DNA of 64,000 nucleotides, taken from the NCBI RefSeq assembly GCF_009914755.1, contig NC_060940.1; one strand, 5' to 3'. The notes under the pieces were generated by a model. It ran no database searches, was not told where the DNA came from, and worked only from the letters and a program-made list of their open reading frames with translations. This document shows, piece after piece, positions 11,601-28,719 of the stretch. The position numbers and the translations under genes were made by a program. The DNA comes from the human T2T-CHM13v2.0 reference genome, Homo sapiens. Positions within the stretch are counted from its first letter, which is position 1, and each line of letters begins with the position of its first letter.

Positions 11601-14600
11601 ATTCCACAAATATGTTAGGTTTCTAACTCTCCTATTGTGTGTTGTCTGAGGTTGAGGCTTTCATGCATGGATCCAATTTACTGTTGAAATTATGACTTGC
11701 ATACTTGGACACATGAGGCATGTAAAAGTTTATGAGGTGCATACTTTTTATACCCAGAGCCAGAATATGTGCAGGAATGTAAGTTCCATTCCTAGACCTT
11801 CCCACAGGTGTCACTGTGACATATAGTTTTGCCCAACCAGAACTTGACTGATTTGAATATACCACCTGAAGAAAGCCCACAGTTTAGATTGTGACATATA
11901 CCTAAGCCAATAACCTTGGTAATGTGGCCCTCCTGCATAGTCCCTTCTCACAGGTGGCACTGTGATATACCTCTGGTCTCATTTCCAGGTGATGTGATTA
12001 TCCTCCCCTGCCCAGGCCCCATTCCCAAAGGTGATTGTGACACATTGCTGAGCCCAGCACTCATGCAATGTAATCCTTCAGCCTGTTCTGCACACAGGGG
12101 ACATTGTAACAAATCACTGGTCCCAGCACCATAGTGATGTGAATTTTTACCAGCACCAAACTCACAGGGGGATACTAATATATCTCTGGCTCGGTATTCA
12201 GGTGATGCGACTCTTCTGCCTGGTTCTGTTGACAGGTAGGATTGTGACACATATCTAGGTTCAGGTCACAGGAATAATGATGACTGTCATATGAGAGCCC
12301 AGCCAAAAGAAGAGATTTTGGCTCTCATGCCTAAGCTTAGAACAATCAGTAAGGCTCTGAGTCTCCTAATTGTATAAAGATTACAGATGAGTATGACACT
12401 CATGAATATTGTATAAAATACTTGGGTCTTATCAGAGTCCATTACAGAGGTAAAATTTTGCCTCTCATGGGCACACTATCCAACAGTTGGGATTGTCACT
12501 CTCACACATGGACAAAGTCCATTGGTGAGGATCTGCACCTCACATGTGCAAGCAGTCCACAGTTAGAATTGGGACTGTTATATGTTGATCTAGAGACAGA
12601 GTGGAAGGTGACCCATTTCTGGACCCAGTTCATAGGCATGTCAATGTCTCTCATGCCTAATCCCAGAAAATATGAGAGATGTTGACTCTTGCATCAAGGC
12701 TTAACAGCAACAGATAAGATCCTGGGCTTCATACTTTTACAGAGGACTTAAAGAATTACAACATTCATGCATGTTGTATAATGCCCTAAGGTGGAACAGA
12801 GAGTGTTAAAACAGAGCCCAGCTCAAAATTCTGATTGTGACTCTTGTATGCACACAGACCACAATTAAGATTAAATGTGAACAGAGCCCACTCATGAGGT
12901 CCTGGATCTCACTCACAGAAACAACTCACAGTTGGAATTGTGACTCTCATATCTGGATCCATCCAAAAATGAGATGATGGCTCATTTCTGGACCCAGTTC
13001 ACAGGCACACTGATGACTCTCATACCTGGACCCAGCAAATAGGACACACATTGACTCTCATGCCTGAACTTAGGGCAACATGTAGGATCATGGGTTTATA
13101 CCATCAGTAAGTTCTCAGAGCAGGTTTCACTCTCATGCAGATCATATGAAGCTCTTACATGGCACAAGGGGTGTCTTATAGAGACCCACCACAGAGGTAA
13201 CATTGTGACTCTTCTATGCACACACAACATACAGTCAGGAATGTCATCTTCCCATATAGACATAGCCCATTATTCAGGTTCTGAATATCACATCCAGATC
13301 AGTTGAAAGTTGACATTGTGACTCTCATACATGGATCAATTTCACAGGTAGAATGGTGACTTTTATACCAATGGTGAGTTTGGGTATAAACTCAACACAA
13401 CTGTGAGGCAGTGACTGCCCTAATTGGACAGTTTTGGCAGGTGATGTTGGAGCTTTCATGCATGAATTCTGTCCATCACTGATATTGTGATCTGTGTACC
13501 TTAACACAAATCACAGATGTTGTCTCTTATGCCTTGATCCAGAAACTGTGTGGGACTGTGAATCTCATCCCAGAGCCTTCCAGCATATGTGACTTTGACA
13601 TAATTTTTTCTCAGCACTTAATTGACTTTTCTTCCCTGCATGAACCCTGCCAACAGTTGGGTTGTTCTGACTTATACCTAACCCAAACACCTAGATGATG
13701 TGACTGTCCTGTCTGGGCCTTGCCCAGAAGGGGTATTGTAAGGTATCTCTGAGCCCATCACCTAGGTGATGAGATTCTACTGCCTGTGCCCTGCCTCCAG
13801 TAACAGAAATACCAGCATATTTCCCAGGTGGTATGACTCTTCTCTCATGACTAGGCCTCATGAAGAGGGAGGACTGTGACATATTGCTGGTCCAGCACCT
13901 AGGTGATGTGACTCTTTTGACTGGGTTCTGCCTACAGGGGGCATTGTGACATATCATTGAGCCTAGCACAAAGGCGATGTGACTTTCCTGTGTGGGTCCT
14001 GCCCATGGAGGGATATTGACATTTCCCTGGCCCAGCATTCAGGTGATGTGGCTTTCCTCCCTGGTTCTGCTCACAGGTGGGGTTTTGACTTATACTGAGG
14101 CCCAGGCAACTGTCATGATCATGGCTTTCTTACATGGACCAAGCCAATAGGAGAAGTTTTGACTCTAATAGCTAGGCTTAGGGCAACAACGAAGGTCCTT
14201 GGTCTACTAATTATAAAAGGTCACAGAAGATTATGACACTCACATGTATTTTATAAAGCCCTCGGGGTGTATAGAGAGTTACATAACAGGCCCCAGCAAA
14301 CAGGTGAGCTTGTGACTCTTGAAGACACATGTAGCCAACAATTAGGATTGTCACCTTCATACATGGACAGAGTCCACTAGTGAGATTCTAAATCTCACAC
14401 ATGGATGCAGTTCAGAGTTGAAACTGTGACTGTCATATGTGGATCTGCCTTCAGGCTGGATGATGACTAATTTCTGGATCCAGCTTACAAGCATGGTGTT
14501 GACTCTCATACTTAGACCAAGCCAATAACATACGTTGACTCGTACCTAGCCTTAGAGCAATGGGTAAGGTCCTGAGTTTCCTACCTGTACAGAGGTCACA

Positions 14601-17600
14601 GAGAAATATGAAACCCTGACATATGATACAATTCTCTCAGGTGGTACAGAGTATGCTCAGACAGGGCCCAGCACACAGTTGAGGTTGTTACTTTCACATA
14701 CACATCCAGTCAAAAGTTAAGATTGTCACCCTCACATACAGACAGTGCCCACTGCTGAGATGCTAAATCTTTCGTGGATGCAGCCTACAGTTGACATTGT
14801 GACTGCCACAGGTGTGATGCTGACTTATTTCTGGACCCCACTCACAGGGACAGTGATAAATATTAGTCCTGGACACAGCCAATAGGAGAGATGCTGACTC
14901 TCCTCTCTGGGCTTAAAGCAATGTGTAAGATCATGTGTCCACACAAGCATACAGGTCTCAGTATTGTGACATATTTTTTTGAAATGGAGTCTCACTCTGT
15001 CACCCAGGCTGGAGTCCAGTGCCACGAACTTGACTCACTGCAACCCCCACCTCTTGGGTTTAAATGATTCTCCTGCCTCAGCCTCCTGAGTAGCTGGGAT
15101 TACAGGCATGTGCTACCACGCCCGGCTAATTTTTGTATTTTTATTTAGTAGAGATGAGGTTTCATCATGTTGGTCAGGCTGGTCTTGAACTCCTGACCTC
15201 ATGATATGCCAACCTCAGCCTCCCAAAGTGCTGAGATTACAGGCGTGAGCCACCACACCAGGCCAAGTATTGTGACTCATTCCTATTTTTTAAAGCCCTC
15301 AGGTGGCACACAGAACATCATAAAATGGCCCAAAATACCAGTGAGATTGTTACTCTCATATGCACTCCCAGCCAAAGCATTGTCAATTTCCAAATGAACA
15401 CAGCCCACTGTTAAGCTTCTGAATCTCACATCTAGAGTCAGTCAAAAGCTGAAATTGTTACTGTCATATAGGGATTCTATGTACAAGTAGGATGGTGACT
15501 CTGGACCAAGGTTCAGCACTTTGTGATGTTTTTATTTTTTACTGGGACACTGTCTGCAGGTGAGATTGGGACTCTCATGCACGGACTCAGTCTACTGTTA
15601 AGGTTGTTACCTGCCTTTTGGGTGCAACTCACAGGAACTATTGCCTCTGAATCCAAAGCTGGGGCATATTAGAGATTGCAAATTTTATCTCTGGGCCTTT
15701 ACAGGGGTGTGACTGTGACATACACTTTTGCTCAGTATCTGACTGATTTAATCTTTTGCCTAGGCCCAGTCTACAATTTAGATTGTAAAATATACTTAGG
15801 TTTAGCACCTAGAATATGTGACTTTCCTGCCTGGACTCTGCCCTCTGGGGAAAAAGTGACATATCTCTGGCCCAATCACCTAGGTAATGTGGCTCTCCCA
15901 TTCTGCCTGGGCCAGTCCACAAGGGTCATTGTGAGATATCTCTGGGCCCATCACCTATGTTATCTGACCATTTTCTTTGTCTTGAATTTGTTTACAGTAG
16001 GAATGATGACATGTTACTGGGACCATCACCTAGGTGACATGACTGTCTTCTGCCTGAAACATGTTTACAGGGTGGATTGTGACATATTGCTTTGCCTAGC
16101 ACTCAGAAGATACAATTTTTATTGCCAGGACCCTGCACACAGGAAAAATATTGACATATCACTGGCCCAGCACCTAGTTGATGTGACTGTCCCTCCTGGT
16201 CTTTGCCCACAGGTGGGATTGTCACATATAATTAGGTCCAGCCCACAGGTATGATGAAGACTCTCTTATATGTGGACTAGCAAATAGAAGAGATTTTGAC
16301 TCTTATAGTCAGGCTTAGGGAAACAGGCAAGGATCCAGGTCTTCTACATGTAGAAAGATGGATGCATTACAATACTCATGCATATTCTATAAAGCCCTTG
16401 GGTGATATAGAGCATGTCATAGCAGGGCCCAGCACAGGGGTAAAACTGTGACTCTGTGGGCACACCCAAATGACAATTAGCATTGTTTCCCTCACAAATT
16501 GACCAAACTTACTGGTGAGGTCGTAACTTTCATATGGGGACACAATACACAGTTAAAATATTGACGGTCAAATGTGAATCTGGCCAAAGATCGGACGGTG
16601 AGTCATATCTATACCCAGCTTACAGGCCCAGTGATGACTCTTATACCTGCACCCAGCCAATAAGAGAGCTGTTGACTCTCATAGCTAGGCTTAAGCCAAA
16701 AAATAAAGTCCTGAGTTTTCTACTTTAAAAAAATAATAATAACAGGTGATTACCACACACACACATATTGTGTAAAGCCCTCAGATGGTACAGTGAATGT
16801 CTTAATAGTACCCAGCACAACATTGAGATTGTCACTATTGTATGAACACCCAGCTGACTGTTACATTTGTCACCCATACACATGGACAGAGCAGAATAAT
16901 GAGTACCTGAGCCTCACCGAAATATACAGTCCACTGTTGGAATTGTGCCTGTCACATGTGGATTGAGCCACAGGAGGGCTGTTGACCCATTTCTGTACCT
17001 AAATCACAGGAACATAAATTGCTGTCATACCTGAACCCAATAAACAGGAGAGATGTTGACGGTCATGCCTGGTCTCAGGGCAATGGGGATAATCATAAAT
17101 TTCAGATTGTAACATACACCTGGGAAAGCACAAAAATCTCAAAGCAGATTGTGACTCTCACATATACCATGTAAAACCATCAGGTGGTACAGACAGTTTC
17201 ATAACAGGAACCAGCAAACTGGTGAGACTGTGACTCTCATATGCACACCTGGCTCACAGTAAAGATTCTCACCCTCCCACAAAAACCCAGCCTACTTATG
17301 ACATTCTGAATCTCACACTCAGAGGCAGTCAAAAGTTGGAACTTTGACTCTCATACATGGATGCAGTCCACAGGTAGGATAGTGACTCTCACACCAAGAT
17401 TCAGAACACCTGTGAGGCCGTGACTCCCTTACTGGGACACTGTCTGCAAGAGGGGTTCAGATTCTCATGCACAGATCAAGTCCACTGTTGAGGTTGTGAC
17501 TTGAGTACTTCAACGCACCTCACAAGATATGTTGACTGTCATAAGTGAAGCTAGGACATTTGTAAGATTTTGAATCTTATCCCTAAACTTTTCGAAGGTG

Positions 17601-18835
17601 TGATTGTGACATATACCTTTTCCCAGCACCTGGTTAATTTTACTTTTTTGCCTGGGCCCAGTGTACAGTTGAGATTGTCACATACACCTGGACCATGCAC
17701 TTTATTTATGTGCCTCTTCAGCATGAGCCCTGCCCTCAAGGGAAATTATGATGTATCTCTGGGTCAGTCATCAAAGTGAAGTGACTCTCCTTTCCTGCCT
17801 GGGCCCTGCCCTTAGTTGAGATTGTGACATATCACTGGACCCTTAATGCAAATGATGTAACTTTTCTGCCTGGGTTCTAATTAGAGAAGGGATTGTGAAA
17901 TATCCCTGGGCCTGTCACCTAGGTGATGTAACTCTGCCTTCCTGCCAGAACCTGCCCCTAAGAGGCATTGTAGCATATCACCAGGTCCAGCTCCTGGGTG
18001 ATATAACTGTACCATATCAGCAAGTCCAGCTCCCAGGTGATATAACAATGCCACAGAGGGTATTGTGACATATTGCTGGGACAAGGACATAGGTGATGAA
18101 ACCTTCCTGAATTGCCCCTGCTCCCAGGGGGGATTTTGACCTCTCACTGGGCCAATCACCTGGGTGATGGGGCTCTCCTCTGCTGCCTAGATCCTGCCCA
18201 AAGTGGCAATTGTGACATATCTCTGACCAGCACCCGGGTGATGTGACTCTGGTGCCTTGTCTCTCCCCACAACTGGAATTGTGAAATATACATGGGTGCA
18301 GCTTACAGGTGGGATGATGACTCATACGTGAAAATATTTGACTCTTGTAGTTAGTCTTAGGGCAAAAATGAAGGTCCTGTGTCTTCAACTTGTAGGGTGG
18401 TCATGGAGTATTTTGACCTTCATGCACATTGTATAAAGCCATCAAGTGCTCCAAGAGTGCCATAATGTAGTTCATCACACAGGTGAAATTGTGGCAGTTG
18501 TATGCACACCCAGCCAAAAATAAGGATCATTACCCTCTGACGTGAACAGAGCCCAATGTTGAGGTTCTGGTCACACGCCAAGAAGCCATAAGTTGGAATT
18601 GTGAATCTCATATGACAATCCAATCCACAGATGGGATGATAACTTCAAGACCATGATTTAGAACACCTGGGGACTGTGTTTCCCCTATTAAAACACAGTC
18701 TTCAGGTGAGCTTTGGGCTCTCGTTCACTGATTTAGTCCACTGTTGTGGACTAACTTGCATACTTGGACTCAACCCACAAGAGGGGCTGACTCTTATACC
18801 TTTAGCTGGAAAATGCACAGGATTGTGAATTTCTC
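8610..18835 (-). repeat. Complex beta satellite (BSR/Sau3A 68-bp family) with derived ~380-bp units
   Basis: Recurrent 'attgtgacatatc...cacctaggtgatgtgactctcc' is the reverse complement of the beta-satellite monomer (GATATGTCACAAT...CACATCACCT[A/G]GGT). Monomer runs alternate with longer diverged units. Confidence 0.9.
14975..15264 (-). mobile_element. AluS element inserted in the satellite
   Basis: Full dimeric Alu, antisense. TSD core agtattgtgac (14960-14970 / 15266-15276). Confidence 0.92.
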
Positions 18836-21193
18836 TTGTTGACTGGGCCCAGGTATAAGTTTTATTGCTATGCCTGTGAGATGGGTTCAAAAATAAGTCA
18901 CTATCTCACCTGTGGCTGCATCTATGTATGACAGTCACAATTCCAAATATGAATTGGGCTTGCATGTGAGATTTAAGACCTCACCATTGGGCACTGTCCA
19001 TGTGTGAGGTTGACAATTCTGTCAGCTGGTTGTACATATGAGAGTCACAATCTCACCTTTTTGCTGGGTCCTGTTATGACACTCTCTGTACCACCTGAGG
19101 GCTTAATACATTGTGCTTTGGTGCCCATAATACACTATGACCTTCGTTAAAGTAGGAGACGTAGGACAATGCCTGTTGCCCTAAGCCTAGCTATGAGAGT
19201 CAAAATCTCTTCTCTTAGCTTGTTCTGTATATGACAGTCATCATACCACCTTTAAGCTATGAATATATATATTTCACAATTTCACCTGTGTGCAGGGACA
19301 GACCCAAAAGTCACATCACCTAGGTGCTGGATCAGGTGATATGTCCCAATTCTTATTTTGGGCAAGGTCTAGGCAACAGAGGAGAGACACATCACCTACA
19401 TGATTGGCCCAGTGATGCATCACAATTCTCTCTGGGAGAATAGCCCATTCGGGAGAGTCATATCACCCAGCTGCTTGGCCAAGAAGTATGTCAAAATGCC
19501 CCCTGTGCACAGGGGCCGAGGCAGGACAGTTACATCATCTGGGAGCTGGGCCCAACAATATGTCCCAATTCCTTTTGTGGAAAGTGTCCAGGCAGAAGAG
19601 CAGAGTCAAATCACCTAGGTGATGGGCCCAGAGATATGCCACAATTTCATTTGTGGGCTGGGCCCTGGGATAACAATAACATCACCTGGTGCTGGACCCA
19701 GCAATATGTTACAATGCCAACTGTAAAAAGGTTCCAGGCAAGAGAGGAGAGTCACATCATCTAGATATGGCATAATGTCCCCTTAGGGCAGTGCCAAGGA
19801 AGGAGTGTCTCAACTCCTCTGTGCTGGGCCCAGAGATATGTCACAATACACAGTGGGCAGGATCCCAGCAGGAAAGAAGAGTCATATTACCTAGGGTTTA
19901 GACAAGCAACATGTAAAAATTATTCCTGTTGGCAGATCCCAGCCCCCCATCCAAAAGAATCAAGTCACCTGGGTGCTGCTTTCTGTGAAAAGTCACAAGC
20001 CCTTTTGAGTGCAAAGCCCATGAAGCAGAGGCGATTCACATTACCTAGGTGATGATCCCAAAGATATTTCACAATGCTCTCTGTGGGGAGGTCCCAGGGA
20101 GATAAGTCACCTCACTTGTGTGCTGGGCTCAGAAAACATCACAATCTTTTCTGATGGAAGAGCCCAGGAAAGAAGGAAGAGCCACATCACCTAGGTGCTG
20201 AACCCAGTGATTTGTCAAAATCTCTATTGTGAGCAGAGTCCAGGCAAGTGAGGAGAGTCATATCTTTTAGGTGATTGGTACAGAGATATTTCCCAATGCC
20301 CCCTGTGCACATGGGCCAGACCAAAGGCACACATAAGCAACATTACCTTGTTGCTTAGCCCAGTGATATGTCATTATGCTTCTTGAGGCCAGGGCACAAA
20401 CAGGATCAGACAGTCACATCATTAAGTACTAGGCTTAGTGATATATTATAACCTTACCTGTGGGCAGGGTCCAGTTAGGGGAAAAGCTTTACATCACCTA
20501 TGTTCAAAGTAGAGAGATATATCACAATTCCTTTGAGGGAAGTGTCTAGGCAAAATAGTCACATCACCTAGGTGTTTGTCCCAGGTATAAGTCACAAGAT
20601 ATCTCTGTGCTGAGCTCAAAAGAACTGTCAAATCACTAAGGTTCTAGGTGGAGGTGTATGTCACAATTATACCTGTGGGAAGGCCCAGAAATGAGACCCC
20701 CAATCCCACATATTTACCCACTCCAAGTAGAACAGTCAACAGCTCCTGTGAGTTGGGTCCAAGTACATGAGTCACAATCTCAACAGCGGAATGCATCCTC
20801 ATGTGAGAGCCCCAATCCCTTCTGCAAGTTGTGTCCTGGTAAGGGAGTCACAGCCTCAATGCTGTGCTGAATCTTGGTGGGAGAGTCACCATTTCACCTG
20901 TGGACTGGATCGATATGTAAGAGTCACAACTTCAACCTTTGGCTGCCCATGGGTGTGAGGCTTAGAACCTCAGTTGTGGGCTGTGTACATGTGGGCATGT
21001 GACAATTTCAACGTTTGGCTGTGTGGTCATCCAGGTCTCTATATCTCACCTGTGAACTGGGTCCTGTTATGAAACTCTCTGTACCACTCAAGGGGCATAT
21101 TCGATATGCGTGGGTTTTATAATCCTCTGACCTCCATACAATTAGAAGGCCCAGGACCTTACCCATTGCTCGAAGCCCAGTTATGAGAGTCAA
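18836..21193 (+). repeat. Complex beta satellite, inverted orientation
   Basis: Monomers now read 'gatatgtcacaat...cacatcacctaggt' (19300-20700). The ~380-bp units appear reverse-complemented at 18840-19250 and 20950-21190. Confidence 0.88.
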
Positions 21194-21859
21194 AGCAGAT
21201 GCAGTGAGATTTGAGATGGGAGGAGGACTGAGATGTTCTCTGTGAGGGTGTAATTGTTATTGTCCTGGGGCTATTTCTAGATATTTTCAAATAAAATAAA
21301 TTTAGAGACTTTATCCTAAAGGAGTATTGCAATAGTGGAAGCATCAAGCATAATATCTGCAAACATCAAAAATACTAGGCAGAAAAGAGCTGTCTTTCGA
21401 ATGGAAGAGAGAGCCTCATTAGAAAGAAGGGTGGGAGAGGAAGGGAACAATGCAGAGTGGCAAAATCCATTCAAGATTAGAGAAGGTTTCACCTTGAAAT
21501 CAGCCTGTTCTTGGGAGGGGTATAAAGAGGGGTTGTATGTTTACTCAGACTGAAGGTGGAGCAGAGGCCAGGGGCCTGGGGGAAAAAAGAAACAAGCAAA
21601 CTGAGCCTAACAAGTATTTTCTTCTGAACTCTGAAGACAAAAGTATTTAATTGTTTATGAGGAACAAATGGGAATGTGGAGAATCTGCGAATCTGTGATA
21701 TCTAAAAGAGGATGTACCATCTAGGTCACAATGGTAAAGGTGTTTCTTTGCAATAAGCTGTTCTCACAGAACACAAAGAATTAGAGAGTTTTCTTACATC
21801 ACTATTTACCAGGACTCGCTACCCAACCCATCTTTCTTTTCTACTTTTCTTTGCTGTAT

Positions 21860-22200
21860 CCATTCTTAGCATTTGGCTTTTTCTGAATTGTATTTATTAT
21901 AATAACCTGGTAAACAGGTGAAATATTTTGCCAAGTTCTGTGAGTAATTTCTCAATTATTAAGCTTGACGAAGAGGGTTATGGGAGCTTATGATTTATAG
22001 ATAGCTGCTCAGAAGCATGGATGTGACCATATTGGTTGTGACAGGCATGTGCAGTGGGGATAATGTGGGACTGAGTCCTGAACTTCGGGGTCTATGCCGA
22101 ATCTGGGTGGTGTCAGAATTAGGTTGTTAAACTCCCAGTTGGTGTTGATGAATTGGTTGGTGTTCAACAAACTCCATATATTTGGTCTTAGAACAAAGAT
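21860..22200 (+). mobile_element. MER21-family LTR fragment
   Basis: 'gttctgtgagt...ttatgggagcttatgatttatag...cagaagca...gtgggactgagtcct...ggtgtcagaatt...ccagttggtgt' matches the MER21 3' half. Confidence 0.65.
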
Positions 22201-23009
22201 ATCACAGCAACCTTGGCTGGAGGTATACTGTGGGTCTTTTGGGGAATAAAGACTCTATTTTTTTACACACATGCTGTCACAATGTGAATTGTCTTGTGAT
22301 AAGAGGTCTTATCCAGGGTCAGAGGGAATTGAGGACTAAAAGGGATGGAGTTCTGAGGGAAGACTCCTCTCCCCACCCTGCTGCTATAAAGTGATTCCTG
22401 CACACTCATGCACATGCACACTAGGCAATGATGTAGCTTCACCCCTCCCATAACAAGGCTTCACCCTCAGGAACTGTGCTGAACCTCTGCATCTAGAGTT
22501 TCCTACTAATAGGCTACGTAAGTGCCCAGAAGACTTGTGGCTTACTTCTATGCCCACATCTTGTATCTGCACCAGTGACCTATTTTCTCCACTATCCTAG
22601 GCTTCTAGGCCCTCTGTCTCTCTCATCTGCCTGCATACACACATTTAGAAATCAGAGTTACCCTGCGTGGAACAGTGTTTGTAGCACTAACCAGTCCTTT
22701 CACCAACTGTGCACTGTCCCCTTCCCATGGGTTTTTTGTATCACTTTCTCTTAGTCTGCTTTTTTCTTCTCCACAAATCCTCTTTCACAAACCCAAGGCC
22801 ACACCTTAGGTACCTAATACAAACCCTATAGACAAATTGAATGTCTATGAGTTAAGGATAAAATTTTAGGAACCGTTTATTGTAAGCATAAACACAAAAT
22901 AAAATAAAAATAAGAGACTTAATGTTTCAACTTGAAAATAAAAAATAAAATTTACCCCTCTCATTTTTCTTAAATTATTTAATTTAGATAAATTTTATAT
23001 GTAAATTAT

Positions 23010-23600
23010 TTCTCTGCTTTTATCTTTTCTGTTGTCTTTTATTGAATCTCTTTCTGTTCTAATTTTTATTATTTTGTTTATTATGCTAACATTAGGATTA
23101 ATTAGTTTTTTCCAAGGCTTTTGCAAATCAAAGTCACGTTGTTTATTTAAGATCTTTCTTTCTTCTTATTATAGAAATATATCACTGTAAACTCTTGTAT
23201 AACAATGGCTTTTTTGCATCCCAGAAGATGTTGTATGTTGTGTTTTTATTTCTATTTTTCTGAAGATACTTTGTGATTTCCTTTCTCTTTTCCACTTTGA
23301 CCCATTTGTTGTTCAGGAACATGTTGTTTAATATCCACATATTTGTGAGTTTCTAAATTTTTTCTGTTATTGTTTTCTAGTTTTATAAAACTGTGATTTA
23401 AAACGTTGATATAAATTTCTTCTTTCTAAATTTGGAGAGATTTTGTTGTTGTTGTTGGCCCAACATATGATATATCCTGGATAACGTTCCATGTGTGCTT
23501 GAGAAGAATGTGTATTCAAATACTGCTGGATGAAATCTTCTGTGTATATCTATTAGGTGCACTTGTTCTATAGTGCTATGCAAGTACATTGTTTTCTTTC
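23010..23600 (-). mobile_element. Old L1 (L1M) endonuclease-region fragment; target of the L1PA insertion
   Basis: ORF 23398-23589 (LIDIHRRFHP...YTFFSSTHGTLSRIYHML) is a degenerate L1 endonuclease. The element resumes colinearly at 30343. Confidence 0.85.
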
Positions 23601-23817
23601 CTTTTGATTATTATTATTCTTTAAGTTTTAGGGTACATGTGCACAACGTGCAGGTTTGTTACATATGTATACATGTGCTGTGTTGGTGTGCTACACCCAT
23701 TAACTGGTCATTTAGCATTAGGTATATCTCCTAATGCTATCCCTCCCCCCTCCCCCTACCCCACAACAGGCCCCGGTGTGTGATGTTCCCCTTCCTGCGT
23801 CCATGTGTTCTCATTGT

Positions 23818-27657
<3,840 letters not shown>

Positions 27658-27705
27658 TTATTTTGCTCGTTAGTTGATGCAGTTTCTTCGTAGCCTCGAT
27701 GGTCT

Positions 27706-28719
27706 TTACAATTTGGCATGTTTTTGCAGGGGCTGGTACCGGTTGTTCCTTTCCATGTTTAGTGCTTCCTTCAGGAGCTCTTTTAGGGCATGCCTGGTGG
27801 TGACAAAATCTCTCAACATTTGCTTGTCTGTAAAGTATTTTATTTCTCCTTCACTTATGAAGCTTAGTTTGGCTTGATATGAGATTCTGGGTTGAAATTT
27901 CTTTTCTTTAAGAATGTTGAATATTGGTCCCCACTCTCTTCTGGCTTGTAGAGTTTCTACCGAGATATCGGCTGTTAGTGTGATGGGCTTCCCTTTGTGG
28001 GTAACCCGACCTTTCTCTCTGGCTGCCCTTAACATTTTTTCCTTCATTTCAACTTTGGTGAATCTGACAATTATGTGTCTTGGAGTTACTCTTCTCGAGG
28101 AATATCTTTGTGACATTTTCTGTATTTCCTGAATTTGAATGTTGGCCTGCCTTGTTAGATTGGGGAAGTTCTCCTAGGTAATATCCTGCAGAGTGTTTTC
28201 CAACTTGGTTCCATTCTCCCCGTCACTTTCAGGTACACCAATCAGACGTAGATTTGGTCTTTTCACATAGTCCCATATTTCTTGGAGGCTTTGTTCATTT
28301 CTTCTTATTCTTTTTTCTCTAAACTTCTCTTCTTGCTTCATTTCATTCATTTCGTCTTCCATCGCTCATACCCTTTCTTCCAGTTGATCACATCGGCTAC
28401 TGAGACTTCTGCATTCGTCACATAGCTCTCGTGCCTTGGTTTTCAGCTCCATCAGGTCCTTTAAGGACTTCTCTGCATTGGTTTTCTAGTTATCCATTCA
28501 TCTAATTTTTTTCAAAGTTTTAACTTCTTTGCCATTGATTCGAATTTCCTCCTGTAGCTAGGAGTAGTTTGATCATCTGAAGCCTTCTTCTCTCATCTTG
28601 TCAAAGTCATTCTCCATCCAGCTTTGTTCCATTGCTGGTGAGGAGCTGCGTTCCTTTGGAGGAGGAGAGGCACTCTGATTTTTAGAGTTTCCAGTTTTTC
28701 TGCTCTGTTTTTTTCCCAT
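27706..28719 (-). pseudogene. L1 ORF1p, disrupted
   Basis: ATG at 28719. ORF pieces 28174-28362 and 27706-28116 (RHIIVRFTKVEMKEKMLRAAREKG) are separated by stops/frameshifts. Confidence 0.9.

Noticed and set aside
15676-16254. 192-aa ORF and other ORFs in the satellite
   Set aside because: These are translations of repeat monomers (recurrent HHLG motifs), not genes.
8610-21193. CRISPR-like array of recurring 'cacctaggtgatgtgactctcc' motifs with variable spacers
   Set aside because: The spacers are homologous to each other and the period is that of primate beta satellite. There are no cas genes and the DNA is eukaryotic.
21200-21850. Possible additional LTR fossil
   Set aside because: It looks LTR-like, but I could not fix termini, a TSD or a family.
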